Origin: the human T2T-CHM13v2.0 reference genome, Homo sapiens
Length of the DNA: 64,000 nt
Strand: one strand, 5' to 3'
NCBI RefSeq assembly: GCF_009914755.1
Contig: NC_060927.1
Notes under the pieces: model-generated
Told to the model about the DNA's origin: nothing
Database searches by the model: none
What the model saw: only the letters and a program-made list of their open reading frames with translations
Made by a program: the position numbers and the translations under genes
Shown here: positions 43,821-58,070 of the stretch, one piece after another
How the letters are laid out: each line of letters opens with the position of its first letter
Numbering within the stretch: position 1 is the stretch's first letter

Positions 43821-46175
43821 ATCTAGAGAAAAATCCTACTTCCAAGTTTAACGTTGGAGAGCTGTTATCTGAATTCATCTGGGAAAAAAAAGGGTTTATT
43901 CTTAATAATGGGGAGGTGGCAGAAATTGCCTCTTTAATTTTACCCATTCTCCAAGTGTCAAAACGTAATTGATAATTAAGATTATGTTCCCTTTAATATT
44001 TTTCAAATTTAGTTTATTTAGATAATGAATACCACATGTCCTTCAATAATTTTAAAATTCAGTTAATTTAAAAATTGTATAAATAGATTCTGAGATACTA
44101 AACAAATATACAGTCAAATTTTTTATGTTTTCATTTGAACATTCTGGGGAAAATAAGCATACTTTAGAAGCAAGCACATATAAATGCATAATTCAGTTAG
44201 GTTTTTTGTTTTAATTTGTCCTTGGCATTGATGAAAAACAAATTAGCTACTCTCCTTGGGTGCCTACCAGAAATAATAGTAACAAGTTGAGCTTTTTTCC
44301 TCCTCAGTAATATGTTCCTTTGTAGATAAGCACAGTGGAGAGGTAAAATGATGTATTTTAAAAGTTTACTGTTTTTTTTTTTGTTTTGTTCTAAGATGTA
44401 AATGATAGGGGAAGGACTGGGAGCTATTTCAGAAATATTTATTCCATTGAGACAATGAATTTTGGTCATTAGAAGAAAGAATCATGGACTATCAAAATGA
44501 AACAAAAAGACAGCAGATTTATTTCTATAGCAAGTGTCTGTACATAAAGAGCAGGCACACCTCACAACATTGTACATTTATTGTCTTACAAAATGAACTG
44601 GGGTTGAGGTAGATGTAGTAAGGAAAAAGCTTTAATGATGTGAGGCAAATTTTTAAGAGAGGAGATGTTTTTATTTTTAAAGAATTCAATAAATATAATG
44701 ATAGTGTTAAATGTTTTTGTTGTTTTTTCTCTCAAAACTATTTGAACCACTTATTAATCTCCAGTCTGTTTCATCAATCTTTTATGATGTGTTACAAGGA
44801 GTTTTTCAAATTTAAACTTCATTACATCATTTTATAGTTATAAACCCTGACCACTATAATTCTTGGTCCTAACTAGGCTATGAAAAGAGGAATGTATTCA
44901 TTAGGCTAGTACAGTATGGGAAGCCTGTAGTTTAACCAAGGTTAAAACAAATAAGATGCCAAAGTTCACAATTTTAAATAAACTCAAGAACCTGAAAAAG
45001 ATAATTTAAAAACAACATAGTGCATTTCTATAGTTTGTCATTATTTCATCTCTTATGGAAATATGCAGCAATGATGGTCTTTTTCTATATCTAGAAAAAA
45101 TACATAAGTGATTTTTAACAGTAAGAAGTTATTTGTGTTTGGATTTCCTTCGCCACAGCTTCCTTAACTAGCTCCTGGGTAGAATTCATTAATTTTTATT
45201 AACAGGGAAAACATTTGTTCCCGTGACAATATTTGCATTGCCTGAATGATTTTCACCTCTGCCACAAGGTGTACTATCGGCTCATACATCACCCGATTAC
45301 TTGGAGAGCAGAAAGACCCTCAGTCATTAGTGAGTGAATTAAAGATGATCTTAAGAGCTATTAATCACAGTGACAAAAGCCTTAATGTTTCTGTGACCCT
45401 AGTGGAGCCTGGGGACCCAAAGGGAAGCAGAGGGAGAGAAAATGGAAACATATGTTTTCTCCAAAATAACCTACCTTAGGAGAACTGTCAAAAAGAGAGT
45501 CACATCAAACTAAGAAATTCTGCCAGCAACTGGCCTCTGGATTATGTGTCTATTTATCTTCTTGTGAACTCATATTTCCTTTTAAAATATATATTTTCTT
45601 GCTGTAGACAATTAGAGGGCCAAAACTAGTGTCTTCTGTATCTTTGATTTCTTAATTCCGTTTATTTAGAACGACTTGTGCTTCTGCTAAACTGCATTTC
45701 TTGAAAAAATTCAACATAAATTGCATTCAGTCTAATAACCACATAAATCAGTATAAAAACAAGCAGACAATAGCAGTAAAGTGCCATTATAAACATTAAT
45801 TCAAGCAGATACAATATTCCAATAATGGACCAAAACGGTAACATTATTAAGCACTACAGTCGGTTACAAAACTTGATCATTCTTCAATGTATCTGGCTGT
45901 ATTTCCCTGGATGTTTACAAGATTATAATGGCATCAACTCCACTGTTAATAACATAGGCACTTGCTGGAATTTCAATTATCTTTCACAATATGTTGACAT
46001 AAAAAACAGACTACAACTGGCTATTTCTGAATATGGTAAGAAGATCCATATCCCCTTATTTGTATGCACGTCTTTGTTTACATAGCTGAGGAAGAAATAT
46101 CACATTGTGCTTATGTTTTGCAATTGGTTCTGAGTCTATGACGCAAAAAAAAAAGGGAAATTCTGGCTAAATCGC

Positions 46176-46477
<302 letters not shown>

Positions 46478-47909
46478 CTAAATGGCTTTTCTACACATCA
46501 GTTTCTTCAATACGATTTGGATTAGCAAAATTAATGGTGAAATTATAGTTTTCTCTTTTGACATTGATACTATGTTGCCAAATAAAAAATCCTTTTTTTC
46601 AATCACTTTTCAGTGCCTAATACAGTAACTAACACATAATTAGGGCTCAATAACTATGTGTTAGACTGACTGAATTGGATAAATATTCAATGTTATTTAT
46701 ATTGAAAAACAAATATGACTCTGGATTAAGAATATTAAAAATTTTTGGAAATTTTTTATTCTCAATAAGTTTTTATGTTTTGACTAAAGAGTCCAAGTCA
46801 ATACAACTGAAAATACTTGAGCTTGAACGACATAACAGGATTATTTTATTCATTAGAAAAAATATATTTTAAGGGTAATTTTCTTTCTGGAATCATAGAG
46901 AATAAAAAAGAAAAAATTATGAAGAAGTTATTTTGCTACGGCTAAAAATAATTTCAGAGTACTTTAAAAGTCTCGTGAGTAAAATAAAATCTTTTATGAA
47001 CCAATTAGAGTTTTGTATTTGACTTTATGATTCACACAGCTCTGTAACTAGATTTCATTATTTTCTCCATCTCCCAGATAAGGAAACCAAGGCTTACAAT
47101 ATTAAACTAATATTCTCCACTGTCATAAATCTAATTGGGGGTGGACAATGCCAGATTTTCTGGCTTCAAATCCAGTTAACTTGCCATTGAACTAAGCTGT
47201 GTCCCAAATACTTTGAAATGCAAGGAAAATGTATTGGTTAACTAAAATCAATCTATTAAATTGGGTCTCAGATAAAGCCTAGTTTCTATACAGGAAGGTT
47301 TATTGTTAAACGTATAGGAGACATTCAAATATTAACTTTTTTGCAATTATTAGTCATAAGAAGAGAAAAGTTTAAGGAACTCAAACCGGATCCCATGATA
47401 GAATCTCCAAGATTAGTTAACATAATATTCACAAAAGCACCTTCTTTGATAACCACAAAGATTCAAATTATAACTCTCTCCATTTAACAGAGTCAAACTT
47501 TTTGGAATGTAATTCTTGGAGACAAAAACCTTCTTTATATATTTCCCTCTTGTCCACCTGTAACACCCAGCAAATAGGGGTAAAGCTATTCTTGAGTCAA
47601 AGAAAAATGAAAAGCATAGATTTATAGAGAAACGTGTTTTCATATGGCATTTTTCCTTCTCTCCAGGTGCTAAAGGGGGTCTCAGAGTAGAGTTCAACAC
47701 TTAGATTAGAACTTTTTCCTTAAAAGCAATTAGAAAGTTATTTTTGAATGGCTAGACCAGACTTCCTAAACTTTTAGCAGAGCCTAATTGCAATGTCATA
47801 TATAGAGTGACAAGAAATGCATAAAAATCTCATCCTCCTAAAATGTATCAAGGGATGTTTTATTATTCAATGGCTCCAGGAAAGTATACGACACAACCAT
47901 GAGCCAAAC

Positions 47910-48120
47910 ACTAGTTTTAGCACTCTACGTATATTAGCTCATTTAATCCTCATAATAGCCCATGAGGTAGATATGACTCTCATCCCCATTTTATATGTAA
48001 GGAAATTGAAGCAGTAATATTAGGAAAAAGAATAAATGATTTTTAAACAGCCATAATTCAAACCCTGATTGTCTAGCTCTAGAGCCCACGCGCTTTATCC
48101 CTAAACTATACACCTTCTCA
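47910..48120 (-). mobile_element. MIR SINE
   Basis: ctcatttaatcctcataatagcccatgaggtag...ccccattttatatgtaaggaaattga. Confidence 0.7.
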
Positions 48121-48254
48121 CTCTGGGCTTCACCCAGTAATAGCTGCCCAATTACAGGATAACAATAAGAACATTTTGCTTGTTTTTTTTTTAAAGATTA
48201 TTCAATCCTAAATCATAAGTATTCAAGTTTCTGAGTCAAAATTTGACATTCAAA

Positions 48255-48650
48255 CATTCTTAATTGCACCAGCAGACCCTGAGACAATGGTTCAAGAGTC
48301 CGTAGTTTATTTCAGAGGTGGTCCCAGGAAACGTGTGTTAAGGGAGTATGCAGTGAGACAGAGAAGGGCCAGAAGTCAACAAAGGGTGTGCTATCAATCG
48401 AGTTAGCACTAGGGAACTCTAGATCAGCACAGCTGAGGTGAGGGATCTGGGGTTTTATCCACCGATTCCCATCAGTCATTTGTTGAGAGCTTATCCCAGG
48501 GGATGTAATTCCTCACACTTCTGACCTGCCCCATGCTCTGGCCGGGCAGTCTCAGGCAAAGCATTTGGAAGTCACGTGAATATGCACAGAAATGGTGAAG
48601 GGATATGGATGGGGTACTTACTGGCTGGCCATAGAGATGGCCACAGCCAG
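48255..48650. mobile_element. LTR33/LTR16-like ERVL LTR remnant
   Basis: agcagaccctgagacaatgg...gtagtttatttcagaggtggtcccaggaaac...gtgagacagagaaggg...aaagggtgtgctatcaa. Confidence 0.6.
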
Positions 48651-48869
48651 CACGTGAAGAAATGTTTCAGGTACTATCGGGTTTTCTTGTTCCAATATGC
48701 AGTGTTCGATCCAATCATTTAAAACCATGTGTGTTTGGCAAATAAAACAACTTTTTATTAATCTTCTGTCCATAGTATTTATTAATTCATTATTTTCAAC
48801 CAAAATTTACTGTAATTGTGAATCTAGGTTGGGTGCTGGGGGCAAAGATTAAAACATAAATTAAAAACA

Positions 48870-50200
48870 ATCTCAAGCAAGACCTACAAATTACTACCCA
48901 CAAAAGCAAAGACTGATAAAACAGGCTACATTAAAATAAGACCTTCTGTTCATTTAGAGATAGCATAAGGAAAGAAAAGACAAGCTAGGAAAGATATTTA
49001 AAAATATATATAATTAACTAAGGATTAGTATCCAGAATATTAATATTATTAATATTATTTAATATTAATATAGTTAATATATTATTAACTAAAGATTAGT
49101 ATCCAGAATATATTAGTATCCAGAATACTTCTAAAATAAAACAGACTACATTAAAATAAGACCTTCTGTTCATTTAGAGATAGCATAAGGAAAGAAAATA
49201 CAAACTAGGAAAGATATTTAAAAATATACATAATTAACTAAGGATTAGTATCCAGAATATTAATATTATTAATATTATTTAATATTAATATAGTTAATAT
49301 ATTATTAACTAAATATTAGTATCCAGAATATATTAGTATCCAGAATACTTCCAAAATAAATAAGACTAAAACAAAAACTCAATGTTAAAATAGGCCATAG
49401 ACATAAACAGGATTTCACTAAATAGGAAACACAAAAGGTCCACAAACATGTGAAATCAAATGCAAATTAAGGCTGTAATGAGATAGTATTTTACATCTCC
49501 TAGATGGGCAAATAGGGTAATACCAAGTGGTATAAACATGTGAAGAATGCAGAAACTCTTGCACATTGCTGATGTGTGTGTAAATTGGCACAATTACTTC
49601 CAAACAATATTGTACTATCTTGTGCTATATCCCTGACATGCCAATTCCAGTCTTGTACGTACATACTAGAAGACATGTTTGAGGCTGTTCTTGTCCACAT
49701 TCCTTATATGAAAAACTGCAAACCCAAAAGACACATCCACAAGAAAATGAATAAATAAACGGTGGTATAGTCACAAAATGAAATATTATACAACAGTGAA
49801 AATGAATAACATGGGTGAATCTTGGAAACAAAATATTGCATGTAGAAAAGCAAGACCCAGGAAAAAATTTCTAACTCAAAAACAAGCAAAGCCAAACAAT
49901 ATATTGTTTGGTAATACATACATAAGCAATAAAACCATTTTTTAAAGTAGAAGAATGATTAAAGTTCAGAGGAGGGCTTACTTCTAGAGTAAGGCAGAAG
50001 AATGAAATAGGGAAAATGCACATAGAGAGATAAAATAATTTGGTTGTGTTCCACTTCCTGAGTTAGGTAGTGAGTTCACAAGTGTTCATTTTATTTTTAT
50101 ATTCCATTACTTCTACATATATCATATATGTTATGTTTTATATGTATATATATATTCTTTTCAATATATCAAGAATTGTGTAATAAAATAATAATAATTA
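48870..50200 (+). mobile_element. Ancient L1M ORF2 end and 3'UTR
   Basis: aaaagcaaagactgataaa...ttctgttca...ggattagtatccagaata...aaatgcaaattaag...gtgtaaattggcacaa; ends in an A-rich tail. Confidence 0.75.
48916..49360. repeat. 220-bp tandem duplication with nested internal duplications
   Basis: 48921 acaggctacattaaaataagacc... repeats at 49141; about 6 mismatches. Confidence 0.95.
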
Positions 50201-50465
50201 AGAAAATTTTGCTTGGCTGTACACAGCTCACAATCCTGTTTGGAAGCCTTCTTGTTGAAATGCGAAATGCTTTAATAGACAGAGAATCAAAACAGAGGGG
50301 TTGTGGAGCCCATGCTGGGGCCAAGGAAGGTTTCATGGAGGAAGCCTTGAAAGATGAGTAAAATTTGCCAAGTGGAGGTCCAAGAAAAGCATTCCAGGCA
50401 GGGGAAACCCAATGAGCAAGGGATTGAAGGAAGATGGAAGCCTGTTGGCATGTAAGGTGCTAGAA

Positions 50466-50510
50466 GGGTTGGGGATGGGGTGGGAGGAGGGAGTGGGGTT
50501 GGGGTGGGGG
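50466..50510 (+). other. Potential G-quadruplex
   Basis: gggttggggatggggtgggaggagggagtggggttggggtggggg: eight runs of 3 or more G. Confidence 0.6.
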
Positions 50511-51617
50511 AAGACAACACTCTAAATAGTTTGCAATTGAGTGAATTGACAAGGTTTGGATTATTTTATGTCAAGTTACAATTGTCATACTTGTAATGAG
50601 ACCTGTTATCATTGCTTATCTTTTTAGGGATAAACCATATGCCCTCCAAAGCTTCTGAAGGAAACAACTTCTCTTTCCCCTTCATATTGGTGATGTTGGG
50701 AGGGGGAGATGAGAAATTGAACACAACTAGCCCCTTCTCTCCACCAGTTTAGACAGCTCACCCCAGACCCAAGAGTCAAGTAATCACCTCTGGATATGAA
50801 GAGATATTCATGTTGGGTGGTCTACCAAGGATTAAATGCCAGGATCATTGAGAAAATTTCATCTCATTAAAGGCACAGAGGCCAGCTGATCCTCCTATCT
50901 GCAGAGCTGACAATACCTTAGGTGCACAATTAATTTCCCAAATAGTTTAAATAATCTAGAGGAGCAGAAACTGCACTGACATGAGGAATACAGATAACAA
51001 TGAGTCTAATAATCCTGGACATTGCTCTGGGCAGCCTGGGTAGACACACGTGTAGCCATTTCCCAAGCTGGCTGATGTGACAGCTCAGCCTGAGCTGAGT
51101 GGACAGACAGAGTCCATGGCCCTCCAGGAGAAATTCAAGCCACTGGTGCCTTGGACAGAACCTTCATCTCTAAAGCAGCGCAACCAAGATATTCACGTTT
51201 CTGTGCTGTATGACAAAGATTTTGTACCAAATGAAAAATGTTACAATAATAATAATTTCTATCACCAAACAATACTTTGAGTGTATATAGCAACTTAACT
51301 ATTTGAATCATACCCATTTTTAAAACTCTGTACCAGTACAAGCCTGTTAGCACATTCACTGACATATACTAGTAAGCATATGTCCTTTTCACCAAACCCA
51401 AGAATTCTATCTTTATCAAAAAATAGAAAGACTATAGGAGACAGAAAAATGTTCATTTTACATTTCCTTAGCAAATCTGAGATGCACAACATCTCAAATC
51501 TCAGATAACACCATGGTATTACGTGCATGTAGAAAGACTTTAGTTGCTACAATGGACTTGTCTGCAATTATGTCAAATATGCATAAAATTTTTGGCAGAT
51601 GGGAATATCAGAAATAA

Positions 51618-52312
<695 letters not shown>

Positions 52313-54252
52313 TGTGTTACACTTCTTATGAGTAACTTCTATATGCCATTAAAGTATGAATTAGAGAGTTTTAATAGTCTGCTTTTATTTTCTAGTAAGC
52401 ACAGAAAACATAAGAGGTTGCTAGTAACAAGATAAAAATATCCATAGTGACTAGGCAGGTAAGTATCCCAATTAGGTGGGTATACTAATGTAATCTCTTC
52501 CATGCCAGGAAAGGAAGCTTCAGATGTTTCATGTCAAAGAATCATATATTAAGGAGATTGTAGAGACAATCACCACTAACTTTTAGTGGAAGAATAAAGA
52601 CATCAAAAGAGGCAAACAGGCAAAACAAACAAATAAGAAGAGTTTTCTAAAAGTGAGGCTATTGCAGATGAAGGCACAGAAACAGTTTTTGTGGTCTCTT
52701 TTCTACTACTGGACTCAAGGTGCCCCATAACTTTGGAAACACCACCATCGATGAGGTTTTCACATTTTTTTTTATCTATAGTTTTTGACCCTGAATACAG
52801 AATTGGTCAAATGGAGTAGTATCTTTATGGCCCTAATACATTGCTTTGTATTACAGTCATTTGAATGGAGGTCTGTATTCTTTTCAACACTTCCACAGAA
52901 CCTAGTCCAGTGTCTAACATTCAGTAGGTGCTCAGTAACTGTCTGCTGAATTTCAGTGAATAAACCCCTTGAAAGAGGAGTTATTCCACCACAGCATCAA
53001 AAAAAAAATTCACAATGAGTTTATAAAGATTATGTTTTCTACTCATAATATTTGAAAGTATCTACAAGAACTGGGATTTCTCTCCTTCCAATCTGCTTTG
53101 AAATTTCTTGGTATCCCATGGAAAAGAATATATTGCTAATGGAAATTCCAGTGGGGTCTCTTCCCTGTGAGCAGGCTCCTTGACTCTCTTCCAAATGCCA
53201 CCATCAAAGATTCCATTCATGCCCCTCACATTAGGTCCCTTCATTACCCTCACTCAGTCATAAAATATTTATGGTGTAACTATTGTGGTGTTTAAGGCGC
53301 TGCACTACTCTCTGTGGGGGGAAGGGAAGGGGGAAGAAATGTAGCCCCAATCTACCCCCAGACCTATTGTGACCTATGAAATAGGTTTGCATTAAATACC
53401 CATGTTTATATTGTAATATCTTTGCCCATCTTAGGAACCAATCACAGTGTTAAGAAGCAGGGAAACAAAACAAAAAACAGAATGCCTTCTCTATCTGCCC
53501 TCAAATAGTTAAGGCTTTAACCTGTCTTCTGTTCCCATCATTCCATGAAAAGCCCTTCTCTGACTTTGCCAACAGCCTCCATCTTATCCAATCCCATGGC
53601 ATTTATTTTATTCTTCATTATCCTGTTTGAACAGGCTCATCTCCTGTCAATACTCTTCCGCTGTTTCCCACTGACAGTGCTGGGTCTGATGCTTGCTGTG
53701 CTCATCTGAAAACACAGCAGAGGTCAGTTTGGGCTTTCATTTTAGCAATCGCTCCCTGAGGAGCAGAGGGAAAAGTCCAGCTACTCTGAACAACTGCTTC
53801 AGTTCTCTCTGAGGACAGAAGAGGACTCTCAGCACTAGACAGTTAGCTCTGGCTCCTCCACTCTCTTGAGGTCTGTGAGCCCTTTTCACATCAAATCCCA
53901 CTAAATAGAGAATTTCTTATAATCCCCATATTTTCATCCCCAAACTCACTCTTTCATAAGTTTCTCGTAACTGCATCTCAGGGCTCTTTCTTCGTACTGA
54001 TAGCAGATAACTTTGGAAACATATTTAAGTTATCCTTTGCCCTGTCTTTCCTACCGTCTACTTCCAAATCTTTTTCAGAGTTCCTGAAGTATCATTTTGA
54101 TCTTGTTGCCCTTACTCCCAAATCTTATGAGGACTCTCAGTTCTCACATCAAGGAAGATACCTGAAAGCCTTTACCAGATGTGTCACAACATAGCCCATC
54201 CTTCTCGTCACAGATTTCTAGACACTCCCCATCAAATTTTCATGAGCAACAC

Positions 54253-56472
54253 TGATATGGTTTGGCTGTGTCCCCACCCAAATCTCCACTTGAATTCTAT
54301 CTCCCAGAATTCCCACGCATTGTCCGAGAAACCCATGGGGAGGTAATTGAATCATGGGGGCTGGTCCTTCCCGTGCTATTCTCGTGATAGTGAATAAGTC
54401 TCATGAGATCTGATGGGTTTATCAGGGGTTTCCGTTTTTGCCTCTTCCTCATTTTCTCTTGCTGCCACCATGTAAGAAGTGCCTTTCACCCCCCGCCATG
54501 ATTCTGAGGTCTCCCCAGTCATGTGGAACTGTAAGCTCAATTAAACCTTTTTTTCTTCCCAGTCTCGGGTATGTCTTTATCAGCAGCATGAAAACAAGTA
54601 AATTGGTACCAGTAGAGTGGGGTGTTGCTGAAAAGATACCCGATGACTTTGGAACTGGGTAACAGGCAGAGATTGGAACAGTTTGGAGGGCTCAGAAGAA
54701 GACAGGACAATGTGGGAAAGCTTGGAACCTCTTAGAGACTTGTTGAATGGCTTTGATAAAAATGCTGATAGTGATATGAACAGTAAGATCCAGACTGAGG
54801 TGGTCTCAGATGGAGATGAGGAACTTGTTGGAAACTGGAGCAAAGGTGACTCTTACTATGTTTTAGCAAAGAGACTGGAGGCATTTTGCCCCTGCCCTAG
54901 AGATCTGTGGAACTTTGAACTTGAGAGAGATGATTTAGGGTATCTGGCAGAAGAAATTTCTAAGCAGAAAAGCATTCAAGAGGTGACTTGGGTACTGTTA
55001 AAAGCATTCCATTTTAAAAGGTAAACAGAGCATAAAAGTTCAGAAAATTTGCAGCCTGATGATGCAGTAGAAAAGAAAAACCCATTTTTTGAGGAGAAAC
55101 TGAAGCCAACTGCAGAAATTTGCATAAGTAGGAAGACCATGGGGAAAATGTAACCAGGCCATGTCAGAGACCTTCATGGCAGCCCCTCCCATCACAGGCC
55201 TGGAGGCTCAGGAGGAAAAAGTGGTTTTGTGGGTGGGCCCAGGGTCCCCATGCTGTTTGTAGTCTAGGAATTTGGTGCCCTGTGTCCAAGCCACTCCAGC
55301 CATGGCTGAAAGGAACAAACATAGAGCTTGGGCTGTGGCTTCAGAGGGTGGAAGCCCCAAATCTTGGCAGCTTCCAAGTGGCATTGAGCCTGTGAGTACA
55401 CAGAAGTTACAAATTGAGGTTTGGGAACCTCTGCCTAGATTTTAGAAGACGTATGGAAATGCCTGGATGCCCAGGCAAAAGTTTGCTGCAGGGACGGGGC
55501 CCTCATGGAGAACCTCTGCCAGGGCAGTGCAGTAGGGAAATGTGGGGTCACAGCCCCCACACAGAGTCCCTACCGGGACACTTTCTAGTGGAGCTGTGAG
55601 AAGGGGACCACCATCCTCCAGACCCCAGAATGGTAGATCCACCGACAGCTTGCCCTGTGCACCTGGAAAAGCTGCAGACAATCAGTGCCAGCCCATAAAA
55701 GCAGTCAAGAGAGAGGCTCTACCCTGCAAAGCCACAGGGGCAGAGCTGCCCAAGACCATGGGAACCCCCTCTTGCATCAGTGTAACCTGGATGTGAGACC
55801 TGGATTCAAAGGAGATCATTTTGGAGCTTTAAATTTGACTACCCCACTGGATTTTGGACTTGCATGGGCCCTGTAACCCCTTTGTTTTGGCCAGTTTCTC
55901 CCATTTGGAATGGCTGTATTTACCTAATACCTGTACCCCCATTGTAGCTAGGAAGCAACTAGGTTGTTTTTGATTTTACAGGCTCATAGGTGGAAGGGAG
56001 TTGCCTTGTTTCAGATGAGACTTTGGACTGTGGACTTTTGAGTTAATGCTGAAATTAGTTAAGACATTGGGGGACCATTGAGAAGGCATGATTGGTTTTG
56101 AAATGTGAGGACATGAGATTTGGAGGGGCCATGGGTGGAATGATATGGTTTGGCTGTGTCCCCACCCAACTCTCAACTTGAATTGTATCTCTTAGAATTC
56201 CCACGTGTTGTGGGAGGGAACCAGGGGGAGGTAATTGAATCATGGGGGCCAGTCTTTCCCTTGCTACTCTCATGATAGTGACTATGTCTCACGAGATCTG
56301 ATGGGTTTATCAGGAGTTTCCGCTTTTGCTTCTTCCTCATTTTCTCTTGCCACTTGCCCTGCCATGATTCTGAGGCTTCCCCAGCCATGTGGAACTGTAA
56401 GTCCAATTAAACCTTTTTTTCTTCCTAGTCTCAGATATGTCTTTATCAGCAGCATAAAACCGAACTAATACA
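54253..56472 (+). mobile_element. Full-length THE1A MaLR element (LTR-int-LTR)
   Basis: LTRs 54253-~54597 and 56141-56472 (tgatatggtttggctgtgtcccc...actaataca); internal MaLR ORF remnant 54683-55024; 5-bp TSD aacac/gacac. Confidence 0.93.
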
Positions 56473-56599
56473 GACACTCTCCACGCTACACAAATAAGCC
56501 TGGTCTTCCACAGAGCCACCTTGCCCTGAGTTTACATCATAGAACTTGCTAAGCTACCCTCCCTTTCCTGATAATTAAGTGGGTAGTAGTTATGTGTGT

Positions 56600-56800
56600 T
56601 GTGCGTTATCTTTATCTACCTTTATTATCTTAAATCCCACACCTGCACCCACTGTGAGGTCACTATTACTGTTTTTTCAGTTAAGGAAATAAAGACTGAG
56701 AGAGCTTCTCATGATCATATACCTGGTGTCAGAACCAAGATTTGAACCCAAGTCTGCCTGATTCAAAAGCCCATGCTCCTAATGACTATGCAGTGCTACT
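56600..56800 (-). mobile_element. MIR SINE
   Basis: ctgtgaggt...aaggaaataaagactgagagag...gatttgaacccaagtctgcctgattcaaaagcccatgctc. Confidence 0.65.
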
Positions 56801-57469
56801 GCCCTCATCCCTATCAGGATGGCTTGTTCAGGGGGTGCACCAAGCTTTAGGCACTCCCTGCACATGCCATTGTGGTTCACTAAGTGGAAAATTAATTAAC
56901 AGTTACTGAATTTTCAGTTATTTTTTTCAGTATAATTTTGTCAACAAATAAATACTTACAGGTCTAAGAATTTTTTATGTTATGAAAAGGGTTCCTCATT
57001 GTAAAATATTGAAATCCAACTCCTTCATTTTATCTACAATCTAGAAGATTCTACATTAGTTCAAGTCGTCCTCATCCTTGAGATGTAAAAGAAATTGCTC
57101 TGAACCACCCAATTTCTTGACCCCTTGTGAAGATGTCTACAATTCCCAAGGGTGGAAGAATTAAGTCTTATTGGTGCCCTCTGCCACCCATGCCCTAGAG
57201 TTCTCCTGCTCCACCTCCATCTTCTCCTATAAAAATGCACCTTCTCATTCAGTAGCTAGAAGGTGGCCAGGCAAAGCAGGCATTTTGTAAATTTTAGTTG
57301 ACTGGGGGAGGGAACAGATGAATAATGCAGGATGTGGGGCTTTGTAGGTTAAGATCACAAGAAGAGGTGGATGGTTATCTACTATCTCCCCCCACCAAGA
57401 ACTTTTCTGACTCTGAGTTTGAGATGTCCAAAGAAAGGCAGAATCATACCTTTCTCATTGATTCTTATG

Positions 57470-58070
57470 TTTACAAAGTACCTTTATAAAGCGTCTACTG
57501 TGTTCCAGGTACCATGTTAATTTCTAGAAGTAAAAATGTCAACTCTGTCACTGTCTTCAAGGAATCCATAGTGGGAAGCAGAGCACACAAACAGATGTTT
57601 ACAGCACAACATGATGAGTGGTTTATTACACACAAAGTATTCAGGAAACAACTAAGAGGAAGAAAAACCATCTCCACCTGGAAAGACTGGAAAGGCTACA
57701 CACCAGAGCTCAAATTTGAAATACATCTCGAACAAGGATTTGGCCATGCCAAGACAGTTGAGTGGAAGGAAGTACATTCTAGGCAAAGAAAAAGCACAAA
57801 TGTGACCTACAAATGAAAGATTGGTGAGTAACTCTGCATAGCTGGAATATAGGCATAAAAGAGAAGGCAAGAAATGAAGCTGAAATGGTAAGTCAGAAGT
57901 GTATTATTTAAACCCTTGTTTGTGGTGCTAAATGGCTGGGCAACTAGGAGTCATGGTGTGATCAGATCTGTAGTTTGGAAATTCAACTGGAAACTGCTAT
58001 GGATGAGAGCTAGGAGAGGGGAGAAATTAGAAGCTATTATAGTGATGATGGTAACCAATGGTGAGGTGAT
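57470..58070 (-). mobile_element. L2 fragment
   Basis: gcgtctactgtgttccaggtaccatg...gtcttcaaggaatccatagt...cattctaggcaaagaaaaagcac...tgatcagatctg. Confidence 0.55.

Noticed and set aside
48916-49360. CRISPR-like repeat-spacer appearance of attagtatccagaata units
   Set aside because: Primate DNA, the spacers are themselves duplicated, no cas genes; it is a tandem duplication inside L1M
54507-54525. PRDM9 hotspot motif (CCTCCCTNNCCAC) known from THE1A/B
   Set aside because: The 5' LTR reads tctccccagtcat and the 3' LTR reads cttccccagccat; neither matches
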